Shown here: piece after piece, positions 1 to 6,870 of the stretch | How positions within the stretch are numbered: position 1 is the stretch's first letter | Layout of the letters: every line of letters starts with the position of its first letter | Assembly (NCBI RefSeq): GCF_001564455.1 | Contig: NZ_CP011391.1 | Span: 720,001-752,000 of the forward strand | Length of the DNA: 32,000 nucleotides | Source of the DNA: Faecalibaculum rodentium | Lineage (GTDB): Bacteria; Bacillota_I; Bacilli_A; Erysipelotrichales; Erysipelotrichaceae | Reading direction: 5' to 3' | Made by a program: the position numbers and the translations under genes | The notes under the pieces: model-generated | Seen by the model: the letters and a program-made list of their open reading frames with translations, nothing else | Told to the model about the DNA's origin: nothing | Database searches by the model: none

Positions 1-581
1 CCTATGGCTGGAGCAAGTGGATGCTCGAGCAGGTGCTGACAGACCTGCACACGGCGGATCCGGAGTGGAATGTGGTGCTGCTGCGGTATTTCAATCCCAT
101 CGGTGCCCATGAATCCGGGCTGATCGGGGAAGACCCGAAGGGGATCCCGAACAACCTGCTGCCGTATGTGGCGCAGGTGGCTGTGGGCAAGCTGAAGGAA
201 GTGGGTGTGTTCGGAGACGACTATCCCACACCGGATGGCACCGGCGTGCGAGACTACATCCATGTGGTGGACCTGGCAAGGGGCCATGTGGATGCACTGA
301 AGAAGATCGAAGACCGGGCAGGGGTGTTTACCTGCAACCTGGGGACCGGAAAGGGAAGCAGTGTGCTGGATGTGATCCATGCCTTCGAGAAGGCGGCAGG
401 GAAGAAGATCCCGTACCAGATCAAACCGCGCAGGGCCGGGGACATCGCAGAATGCTATGCAGACTGTGCGCTGGCGGAAAAAGAGCTGGGCTGGAAGGCA
501 CAGCATGATCTGGATGACATGTGTGCTTCCTCCTGGAAGTGGCAGTCCATGAACCCGAACGGGTATGAGACTGCCGACTGA
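1..581 (+). CDS. galE: UDP-glucose 4-epimerase, C-terminal part (5' end outside window)
   Basis: The reading frame is open to the window edge. The translation ([36 protein letters not shown]...[20 protein letters not shown]) is typical of the GalE C-terminal half. TGA stop at 579-581. Confidence 0.9.
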   Translation, partial: YGWSKWMLEQVLTDLHTADPEWNVVLLRYFNPIGAHESGLIGEDPKGIPNNLLPYVAQVAVGKLKEVGVFGDDYPTPDGTGVRDYIHVVDLARGHVDALKKIEDRAGVFTCNLGTGKGSSVLDVIHAFEKAAGKKIPYQIKPRRAGDIAECYADCALAEKELGWKAQHDLDDMCASSWKWQSMNPNGYETAD

Positions 582-610
582 CTGGGAAAAATCGAAGATT
601 TTTGCCAGTC
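580..610 (+). terminator. Stem-loop overlapping the galE stop (possible terminator, no clear T-run)
   Basis: 14-bp stem gactgggaaaaatc / gatttttgccagtc with one mismatch and a 3-nt loop. It is followed by tcatcc rather than a U-tract. Confidence 0.35.
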
Positions 611-750
611 ATCCCGCAGTCATGTAATGGCTTCGTGGCTGGAAGGCGGAGGAACGTTTGAGCTTCTCAGAGCGTCTCTGATGTGCAGTCAGAGCCGGAT
701 TCCTGGAGTGTGTTCAGCAGCGGCTTAGACTAGACAGAATGAATGGTTGA

Positions 751-793
751 ATCACCCGGTGATCTGCGCTTCTGCAGGCATCGGGTGATTTTA
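751..793 (+). terminator. Hairpin plus TTTT in the untranslated galE-tRNA spacer
   Basis: atcacccg ... cgggtgat outer stem with an inner ctgc/gcag pairing, followed by tttta. Confidence 0.4.
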
Positions 794-937
794 CATGCAA
801 ATCAAAAGAGAGATGGATATCGGCTTCATTGGGTGCGAAGGAGGGAGAAACCCGGATACATCAGCATCCGCTATGGAGAGCGGTTACCCGGACTGCAGAG
901 TTTTGGCAGATTTTCCCGGAAATCGCATAAAAAACAG

Positions 938-967
938 TTGCAAAGCTCCGGCATCCCGTGATATTAT
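938..967 (+). promoter_or_regulatory. Sigma-70-type promoter candidate for the tRNA cluster
   Basis: TTGCAA (938-943), an 18-nt spacer, then TATTAT (962-967) preceded by tga (TGn extended -10). It lies about 35 nt upstream of tRNA-Thr. Confidence 0.5.
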
Positions 968-1000
968 CAACAAGCAGTCAGCCAAGAGGCTAACGACAGC

Positions 1001-1076
1001 GCCGACTTAGCACAGCTGGTAGTGCAACGCACTCGTAACGCGTAGGTCATAGGTTCAAGTCCTGTAGTCGGCACCA
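1001..1076 (+). tRNA. tRNA-Thr (anticodon CGT), CCA encoded
   Basis: Hand-folded cloverleaf: acceptor gccgact/agtcggc, anticodon loop ctCGTaa, T-arm atagg-ttcaagt-cctgt, terminal acca. Confidence 0.9.
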
Positions 1077-1085
1077 TTTATAAAT

Positions 1086-1161
1086 GGTCCAGTGGTGTAG
1101 TGGTTAACATGCCTCCCTGTCACGGAGGAGATCGTGGGTTCGAGTCCCATCTGGACCGCCA
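1086..1161 (+). tRNA. tRNA-Asp (anticodon GTC), CCA encoded
   Basis: Acceptor ggtccag/ctggacc, anticodon stem cctcc/ggagg with loop ctGTCac, T-loop gggttcgagtccc, terminal gcca. Confidence 0.9.
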
Positions 1162-1166
1162 TTTTT

Positions 1167-1240
1167 GCAGATGTAGTTCAATGGTAGAACACGACCTTGC
1201 CATGGTCGATACGGGGGTTCGATTCCCCTCATCTGCTCCA
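1167..1240 (+). tRNA. tRNA-Gly (anticodon GCC), CCA encoded
   Basis: Acceptor gcagatg/catctgc, anticodon stem cgacc/ggtcg with loop ttGCCat, T-loop gggttcgattccc, terminal tcca. Confidence 0.9.
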
Positions 1241-1242
1241 TC
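1235..1242 (+). repeat. Left copy of 8-bp direct repeat GCTCCATC (tRNA-Gly 3' end, putative attL core)
   Basis: The identical octamer recurs at 15226-15233, at the far end of the AT-richer accessory block. Confidence 0.5.
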
Positions 1243-1275
1243 AGAATTGTCCGTTTTTCGATAGAAAAACGATTG

Positions 1276-1302
1276 CCGTCCCTATTATAGGGGCGGTTTT
1301 TT
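1276..1302 (+). terminator. Rho-independent terminator
   Basis: ccgtccc-tattata-ggggcgg stem-loop followed by tttttt. Confidence 0.6.
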
Positions 1303-1322
1303 GTTTAGCAAACTCCATTCAT

Positions 1323-1353
1323 AGCTGTGTGCATACTTGCACACAGCTTTTTG
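1323..1353 (+). terminator. Perfect 11-bp palindromic hairpin plus T-run at the island left end (insulating terminator or operator)
   Basis: agctgtgtgca-tact-tgcacacagct followed by ttttt, about 60 nt upstream of the first island gene. Confidence 0.5.
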
Positions 1354-1410
1354 TCGTTTAGGCAGCTGTGGTTGCCCTTCCCTTTTAACTCGGATCACGG
1401 AGGAACGGAT

Positions 1411-2094
1411 ATGAACGGACTCATCAGAAATATGTGGACTAAGTTTTGCAAAGATTACTCATTAGATAACGTTTTAAGGATGATAGAAACATGGAGTGAA
1501 ATGTCGCTGCATAATGCAGACCTGATCAGCTATGCTCCATCGACCAGTCCCAGGTTTGACACTGTACAGACAAATCCGACACTAGGGAAGGATAGGCAAC
1601 TAGATCTGCTTTGCAAATTTTGGAAAGACCTTGAAATCTATCGTCTTGTTAAGTGCGCGCTGGAGAAAATGGCAAACTCTGATCAGGAAAAATTCGTAGA
1701 AGCTTTTCGTTACGGACTTGTCGGTACGCAAACTCTGGAGCTGATCCAGCAGGAACTGATAGTTCTGCTTTCCGCAAACCTAGCCAATTATCCGTATGCC
1801 CAGACAATACTCAATGATTACAGCGATAGGCGAGATGATGTTGTGCAGCGGCTGAATTGCAGCTGGAAAGCGGTTCGGAAAGTTATTCCAGAGATGGTGT
1901 CAAAGCATAAATCCTTTTTTGAGGATCATTTTACATCAGAAGAGATCAGCACTCTGATATCTACTAACGACTGGCAGCGAAAGAGGAATGTTTCATTGCT
2001 GATCCTGTATCTGGAAGGAGAAATATCCAGATCAGAGCTTACGAAAGTCCTGAAAAACGTCCGCGGCGGCAAGAAGCTGCTCAGCCGGATATGA
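1411..2094 (+). CDS. Hypothetical island protein (227 aa); the C-terminal segment weakly resembles a sigma-70 region-4/HTH
   Basis: ATG at 1411 lies downstream of ggagg (1399-1403). No family recognised. C-terminal LLILYLEGEISRSELTKVLKNV is HTH-like by eye only. Confidence 0.6.
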   Translation: MNGLIRNMWTKFCKDYSLDNVLRMIETWSEMSLHNADLISYAPSTSPRFDTVQTNPTLGKDRQLDLLCKFWKDLEIYRLVKCALEKMANSDQEKFVEAFRYGLVGTQTLELIQQELIVLLSANLANYPYAQTILNDYSDRRDDVVQRLNCSWKAVRKVIPEMVSKHKSFFEDHFTSEEISTLISTNDWQRKRNVSLLILYLEGEISRSELTKVLKNVRGGKKLLSRI

Positions 2095-2105
2095 GGTAGC
2101 CGATT

Positions 2106-3590
2106 ATGAATGCAAAAGATGTAATCAGCTATATCCATGCAGATATGGATAAAAAATACCGCCTCCAGGATACAACGGAATGCCATGCGGCGATCCTGAA
2201 AGACTGGATGAGGAATGATGCCTTTCTTCCGGATCAGGATGTAGATGTCCTGCGTCTCAAATATGATGACGCCTATATGGGAGATTACGAACACGGATTT
2301 CATGACCTCTGTTTTAGACAGGATATGTTCATCCGATATATCGAGCAGGCAGCCAATGGGGAAGAGGATGTCTACTTTTCCATCAACTCTTTTTGGAACA
2401 CGAAGAGAACAGAAGCTAACATCCGTCATCTGAATGCCTTTGTCATTGACTACGATTATTACAAAATTGCTGAATATGCAGATCTGTCAGCTGCAGAGAT
2501 GTATCAGCAACACATTAGGCCGTCTTTGGTCATAGATCCAACCTTCGTGATCGACTCTGGGCGCGGTCTGTATTGTATATTCTGCATCGATCATGCGCCC
2601 TATGCATGTACTGGTCTTTATAAAGCAATCTACAGCAAGCTCGTAGAGTCACAGGAGCGATTTGGAGCGGATCCTAAGGCCATGCTGACTACACAGGTCA
2701 TAAGAGTACCAGGCAGCATCAACAGCCGCTCAGGGCGGACCGTGGCCGTTCTGGAAGCCAAAGACCAGAGATATACACTCTCTGAGCTGGCACACCAGTT
2801 CTTACCTTATACACGGCAGCAGGTGCGGGACTATAAGCGGGAAAAGGCGAAGGCTGCATTTGGGCAGGCTAAAAAGGCTGCAGCAGGCAAAAGAAAAGCT
2901 AACAGGTACCAGTCGGAGCTGGCAGAGCTGGAATCGGATCTCATTGCCCTGATTTCCATGCGCAATGATGTCGGAATCACGGTTGGATACCGTGAGGTGC
3001 TGCTGTACCTCTACTGGGAGCGTGCAGCAAAAACGAAAATGGAAGAGGAGTCTATCACCAAAAAAATCCTATGGCTGAATAGTCTTTTCACCATGCCTTT
3101 GACAGAGAAAGAGGCACTGAGCAGATGCAGACCGGCACAGAATTACCGATTCTTAACCGCCCGTGAAAAGATGGTGAGAAAACTTGGGGTCACGGATGAG
3201 GAACAGGGAAAACTGAAATTTCTTGTAAACAGGACGCTCAGAGATTCTTTACGACAGGCTAAGTCCAGAAAAAAGGCCCGTATCAAGCACAAGGGCCGTA
3301 CAGCTGCCCAGGAAGCCAGATATAACCGGCGCTGTGCTCTACTTAAGGGGCTTGACCAGGGATTGGATCTGCAGGCTCTCTCACAGTCTCTGGGAGTGAC
3401 CAAAAAGACGTTACGCAATGACTGCAAGTACATCCTTAGCCACCATGCGGAGTTTGCGGCAGTCATCAAGGCAATCAAGCAAACATTGAGGTATACAATC
3501 AAGACACTGCGTACAGAAGAAACACATAGTGACTATACAGATAAAGAATATCCGAAATGTCAACAATTTGATTACTTTATCAGGCGGTAG
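2106..3590 (+). CDS. Primase-polymerase (AEP)-like replication protein with a basic/HTH-like C-terminal region
   Basis: Motif order fits AEP prim-pol proteins: YFSINSF...NAFVIDYDY (DxD), IDSGRGLYCIF (sGxG), IRVPGSINSRSG (RxPGxxN). Confidence 0.6.
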   Translation: MNAKDVISYIHADMDKKYRLQDTTECHAAILKDWMRNDAFLPDQDVDVLRLKYDDAYMGDYEHGFHDLCFRQDMFIRYIEQAANGEEDVYFSINSFWNTKRTEANIRHLNAFVIDYDYYKIAEYADLSAAEMYQQHIRPSLVIDPTFVIDSGRGLYCIFCIDHAPYACTGLYKAIYSKLVESQERFGADPKAMLTTQVIRVPGSINSRSGRTVAVLEAKDQRYTLSELAHQFLPYTRQQVRDYKREKAKAAFGQAKKAAAGKRKANRYQSELAELESDLIALISMRNDVGITVGYREVLLYLYWERAAKTKMEEESITKKILWLNSLFTMPLTEKEALSRCRPAQNYRFLTAREKMVRKLGVTDEEQGKLKFLVNRTLRDSLRQAKSRKKARIKHKGRTAAQEARYNRRCALLKGLDQGLDLQALSQSLGVTKKTLRNDCKYILSHHAEFAAVIKAIKQTLRYTIKTLRTEETHSDYTDKEYPKCQQFDYFIRR

Positions 3591-3707
3591 GTGGTCGGGA
3601 AAAAATATGTCACAGCAATGGTATCTGTGTCTCGAGCGTGGGCCGCCCTGGCGGCAATCAACTACTACCTGTTTAATGCGCGAACGCTTTCGAAGAGGGA
3701 GGAACTT

Positions 3708-4028
3708 ATGAATAAAAAAGAGAATAAAAAAGAACTTCTTGATGAAGTCCGAAGGATCGCAAATTCTTTGGAACCGGCAGCTCTGTGGCTGCTGGACCAC
3801 CCATGCGGTTTTGGTAAAACGAAATGGTCAGATAACAGCTGCACATCAGCTGAAGATATGGCCGCCTGGATGGTATCTGTACCTGATGATCTGAGAGAAG
3901 CGGTTGCTTTTCTGGAACCTGCTGCAAAAAGTCTCCTGGATCCACTGATGATGACCAATGCTCTGATGATTGTGATGGAATCTGGAATCACTGATATCAA
4001 CAGGAAATTGTCTAAATCTGAGAGATAG
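3708..4028 (+). CDS. Hypothetical protein (106 aa)
   Basis: ATG at 3708 lies after gagggagg. The upstream part of the 3591 ORF overlaps the previous gene end and lacks an RBS. Confidence 0.55.
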   Translation: MNKKENKKELLDEVRRIANSLEPAALWLLDHPCGFGKTKWSDNSCTSAEDMAAWMVSVPDDLREAVAFLEPAAKSLLDPLMMTNALMIVMESGITDINRKLSKSER

Positions 4029-4080
4029 AACTATGTGGGAATAATCTGCAATAAAAATTTTGGCCAGAAGGGTTCATGAA

Positions 4081-4212
4081 TTTTTATTGCTTGTATGGCT
4101 TTTATCAACGCTTTTATTGTTACCACACCCCGTTTGTCTGCAAGGGTACGCTGTCGCCTGCCTGCGGCAGCCCTTGCTGACTGCACTCTCGGCGTGGAAC
4201 GAAGAAATCAGA
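4081..4212 (+). repeat. Structured intergenic module, copy A (divergent)
   Basis: Shares tttattgct, cttttattg, ccacac, tgcaagggtacgctgNcgcctgcc-NNN-ggcagcccttgc, gtgg and cgaagaaatcaga with copies B and C. Hairpin is 4123-4197. It ends about 28 nt before the ATG of 4241. Confidence 0.8.
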
Positions 4213-4240
4213 GAAACACATTCCTGCAGGAGGTAAAAAC

Positions 4241-4609
4241 ATGAAGCTATTTGAAGTTGGTAAGGAATATTTCATCGGTAATGCAGCGTACACGGTGGTT
4301 AAGCGGACAGCTAAAACCGTAACACTAAAACACTATGGCGAAACCAAACGGTACAGCGTAAAGGCTTGGCCTTGCGGTGAAGTGGTTCTCACTGACGGAA
4401 CTACGCTGTATGCCAGCCATGATGAAGCATGGCAGAAGAGAATCGCAGAAAGAGAAATGCAGGAAGAAGCCGCAGCAGCAGCCTACAGAAGCGCAGGCGA
4501 AGCGGCAGACGCTAGACAGTTCCAGCGGCTATTGGACTGTGGAATAGCCCCAAATGCTGCGATTGCAGTCATGAATGAGATGAGAGAAAGTATTTCTATC
4601 TGTGGGTAA
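4241..4609 (+). CDS. Hypothetical protein (122 aa) with an Ala/Glu-rich C-terminal half
   Basis: Strong RBS gcaggaggt upstream of the ATG. It lies 24 nt upstream of the Rpn-like gene. Confidence 0.65.
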   Translation: MKLFEVGKEYFIGNAAYTVVKRTAKTVTLKHYGETKRYSVKAWPCGEVVLTDGTTLYASHDEAWQKRIAEREMQEEAAAAAYRSAGEAADARQFQRLLDCGIAPNAAIAVMNEMRESISICG

Positions 4610-4633
4610 CAATCAGCAAAAGGAGGTGAGCAG

Positions 4634-5401
4634 ATGTTAGAAATATCTGATGAAAAACTGGAAATCATTCTGTCGATGACTGCGTTTGACAATGCGTTCA
4701 TCAGAACGTTTTTTGATAGAAATACCGTGGAGTTTCTTCTTAGGCTGATTTTGAAAAAGCCGGAGCTTTCTGTAGAAACTGTTACGTTTGAGCATGTACT
4801 GGATGACCCGGTTTCAAAAGGTGTGCGGCTGGATATTCGTGCTGTGGATGATGCGGGGAATTGGATGGATATAGAGTTTCAAATCAATCCCCGGGAAGTG
4901 AACGGCAGGCGCTTACGGTATTATCACAGCCGGATGGATGTTCAAATGCTGGAGAGAGGCAAGCAATATACAGAATTGGCAGACGCCTGTGTGATTTTCA
5001 TTTGCCGAGGTGACCCAATCGGAAAAGGCAAGCCGATGTACTGTTTCCAGATGAAAGACCAGGACAATGAGGTTCTGGAAGATGGACAGCTAACGCTGAT
5101 TCTCAATGCAGATTTTCCCGGAGACTGGGAATATAAAAATCTTATGGAGGATTTGAAGAGTGCAGATTCAAAAGATATGCACTATGATGTTCTTAAAGAA
5201 CGGATGCAAACCGTCAAAGAAAAGGAAGGTGAAATCATGGAAGCCGGGCACGTTTTAGAAGATTATCTGAAGAAACAGGAAGACAAAATGAAATCGGAGA
5301 TTGTCGCAAATATGCTTAAAGATAAAATGCCGGAAGAGACTATCGTACGTCTGGCGGTTGTCTCCCCGGAATTTGTAAAGCAAGTACAAGCGACTATGTG
5401 A
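4634..5401 (+). CDS. Rpn/YhgA-like PD-(D/E)XK nuclease (putative transposase family PDDEXK_2)
   Basis: Core KGVRLDIRAVDDAGNWMDIEFQ...RRLRYYHSRM...YTELADACVIFI fits the D...(D/E)xQ/K nuclease core of Rpn-family proteins. RBS aaaggaggtga. C-terminal helical tail EIVANMLKDKMPEETIVRLAVVSPEFV. Confidence 0.75.
   Translation: MLEISDEKLEIILSMTAFDNAFIRTFFDRNTVEFLLRLILKKPELSVETVTFEHVLDDPVSKGVRLDIRAVDDAGNWMDIEFQINPREVNGRRLRYYHSRMDVQMLERGKQYTELADACVIFICRGDPIGKGKPMYCFQMKDQDNEVLEDGQLTLILNADFPGDWEYKNLMEDLKSADSKDMHYDVLKERMQTVKEKEGEIMEAGHVLEDYLKKQEDKMKSEIVANMLKDKMPEETIVRLAVVSPEFVKQVQATM
5237..5401 (+). CDS. Candidate internal in-frame translation product (54 aa C-terminal peptide) of the Rpn-like gene
   Basis: In-frame ATG at 5237 is preceded by aaaggaaggtga, which is Shine-Dalgarno-like. 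Confidence 0.3.
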   Translation: MEAGHVLEDYLKKQEDKMKSEIVANMLKDKMPEETIVRLAVVSPEFVKQVQATM

Positions 5402-5408
5402 TTATGAA

Positions 5409-5431
5409 AGTGGCAAACCTGCCACTTTTTT
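5409..5431 (+). terminator. Rho-independent terminator (GTGGCA...TGCCAC family)
   Basis: agtggca-aacc-tgccact followed by ttttt. Confidence 0.7.
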
Positions 5432-5433
5432 AA

Positions 5434-5601
5434 TTGGCTGGAAATGAAGATTTGAGGATTGTCCTGGAGCTTTTATTGCTCTTATTTCTCTTATTCAGGC
5501 CCTTATTGATCCCACACACCGCTTGTATGCAAGGGTACGCTGACGCCTGCCCATGGCAGCCCTTGCATCCTATGCTTGCTGTGTGGGGCGAAGAAATCAG
5601 A
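5434..5601 (+). repeat. Structured intergenic module, copy B
   Basis: Aligns without gaps to 5938-6105 (offset 504) with 4 substitutions. Hairpin 5511-5588: outer stem cccacaca/tgtgtggg, middle stem gcaaggg/cccttgc, apical stem ctgcc/ggcag. Confidence 0.9.
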
Positions 5602-5617
5602 AGGAGAGGTAAATACT

Positions 5618-5896
5618 ATGACCCAAAAAAAAGAATGGCTTCCGCTGGGTACGGTAGTCACCATGAAAGAAGGAGTTAAACGGCTGATGATTGTTGGGCG
5701 TATTCAGCGAGGAAGTGATGACCTTCTTTATGACTATGCTGGTGTACTCTGGCCGGAAGGGATGATTCGCAGCGACCGCCTGTATCTCTTTAACTATGAG
5801 GACATTGATATCCTCTGGAGCATTGGATATCAGGAGAAGGAGGAATTCAATTTCCGTCATGTTCTCAACGAGCAGCACGATATTCTTCATGAATAG
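5618..5896 (+). CDS. DUF4176-like small protein (92 aa)
   Basis: LPLGTVVTMKEG...LMIVGR...YDYAGVLWPEG...LFNYEDIDILWSIGYQ resembles the DUF4176 pattern common in Bacillota. RBS aggagagg. Confidence 0.65.
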   Translation: MTQKKEWLPLGTVVTMKEGVKRLMIVGRIQRGSDDLLYDYAGVLWPEGMIRSDRLYLFNYEDIDILWSIGYQEKEEFNFRHVLNEQHDILHE

Positions 5897-5911
5897 AATC
5901 TGATTTCAAAA

Positions 5912-5935
5912 GTGGTGGCAAACTTGCCACTTTTT
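5912..5935 (+). terminator. Rho-independent terminator (GTGGCA...TGCCAC family)
   Basis: gtggca-aact-tgccac followed by ttttt. Confidence 0.7.
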
Positions 5936-5937
5936 AT

Positions 5938-6105
5938 TTGGCTGGAAATGAAGATTTGAGGGTTGTCCTGGAGCTTTTATTGCTCTTATTTCTCTTATTC
6001 AGGCCCTTATTGATCCCACACACCGCTTGTATGCAAGGGTACGCTGACGCCTGCCTATGGCAGCCCTTGCATCCTGTGCTTGCTGTGTGGGACGAAGAAA
6101 TCAGA
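5938..6105 (+). repeat. Structured intergenic module, copy C
   Basis: Near-identical to copy B. Hairpin is 6015-6091. Confidence 0.9.
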
Positions 6106-6134
6106 GAGAGCGAACAGCTCAGGAGGAAATAACA

Positions 6135-6446
6135 ATGATGAATGTATTCTGTATTGCGGGAAAATTAGCTGGGGAACCTGCCGTTAGTGAAACACCGGGC
6201 GGTCTTAAAATGGCCTTGCTTACAGTTGAAGTAGAACGCCCGTTCGCAAATTCAATGGGCATCTATGAAAAGGATAAAATCCAGATTGAGGTATGGAGAG
6301 GACTGGCAGAAATGCTTGCATCAACCTGCAAACAGGGAGATTGGGTGACCGCTAAAGGCCGCATTGCATCCCGTCCATACGAAAAAGATGGAAAAGTCTG
6401 GAATAACTATAACTTTGTTGCGGAACGCGTTGACGTGCTGAAGTGA
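6135..6446 (+). CDS. ssb: Single-stranded DNA-binding protein, short form (OB fold only, no acidic C-terminal tail)
   Basis: MMNVFCIAGKLAGEPAV...LTVEVERPF...IQIEVWRGLAE...KQGDWVTAKGRI...YNFVAERVDVL matches the SSB OB-fold pattern. RBS aggagg. Confidence 0.8.
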   Translation: MMNVFCIAGKLAGEPAVSETPGGLKMALLTVEVERPFANSMGIYEKDKIQIEVWRGLAEMLASTCKQGDWVTAKGRIASRPYEKDGKVWNNYNFVAERVDVLK

Positions 6447-6461
6447 ACCGGAGGAGATAAC

Positions 6462-6710
6462 ATGAGTAAACTTGAAAGACTGAAAGCTCTTCTGGATGAA
6501 GAGTTTGATATGGAATCTGTAGCGGCTGATGATTTCGGAGAGGCAAGAAATCTTGCCTATGATTTGGCCGAAGAACTGAACGTTCTTGAAACGGATGAGG
6601 ATGGAAATGAGTACATCCTTGGCCGACTGGTTCACTATTCCGGCACTGCTGGGGCTTACTGGAACCAGGAAGCAGGTCGATACAAGCGGTTCTGGACGAT
6701 TGCAGAATAG
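6462..6710 (+). CDS. Small, strongly acidic hypothetical protein (82 aa)
   Basis: RBS ggaggag. By hand count about 19 D/E versus 8 K/R. It starts 15 nt after ssb. Confidence 0.65.
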   Translation: MSKLERLKALLDEEFDMESVAADDFGEARNLAYDLAEELNVLETDEDGNEYILGRLVHYSGTAGAYWNQEAGRYKRFWTIAE

Positions 6711-6715
6711 CAGAG

Positions 6716-6739
6716 AAGCGGTGCAAATCCGCTTTTTTT
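6716..6739 (+). terminator. Rho-independent terminator
   Basis: agcgg-tgcaaat-ccgct followed by tttttt. Confidence 0.65.
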
Positions 6740-6758
6740 AATCCAGAGATATGTGTTT

Positions 6759-6797
6759 CTTTATTGCTTTTATTTCTCTTATTTTTGCCCTTATAGC
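6759..6797 (+). repeat. Structured intergenic module, copy D (5' part only, truncated by IS66)
   Basis: ctttattgcttttatttctcttatttttgcccttat matches the upstream third of copies B and C and stops at the IS66 left inverted repeat. Confidence 0.75.
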
Positions 6798-6870
6798 GTA
6801 AGCGACGTTAATTACCCATCTATGACAAATCCCTCCGTAGCGGGACAATACCGGCACGGAGGGATTTTAC

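Noticed and set aside
743-1010. ORFs 743-961 and 795-1010 upstream of the tRNAs.
   Set aside because: They have no RBS and overlap each other, and the second also covers the tRNA promoter and the 5' end of tRNA-Thr. The translations are unrecognisable.
1926-2429. A 167-aa minus-strand ORF spanning the 1411-2094 / 2106-3590 junction.
   Set aside because: It is antisense to two well-formed co-oriented genes and has no start context, so it is likely a shadow ORF.
5434-6132. ORFs 5434-5679 and 5938-6132 (MAGNEDLR...LLLLLFLLF...), which look like duplicated small membrane proteins.
   Set aside because: They lie inside repeat copies B and C and start at TTG without an RBS. All four B-versus-C substitutions are non-synonymous in this frame (I/V, P/L, M/V, G/D). 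That argues against protein-level selection, and the real downstream genes start at 5618 and 6135 with good RBSs.
4081-6797. The repeated modules could be integron attC sites or a CRISPR-like array.
   Set aside because: For the integron idea, no IntI-type tyrosine integrase and no R'/R'' (GTTRRRY) boxes are present, and the modules sit upstream of RBSs and not at cassette 3' ends. For CRISPR, the units are 130-200 bp, separated by whole genes, and there are no cas genes.
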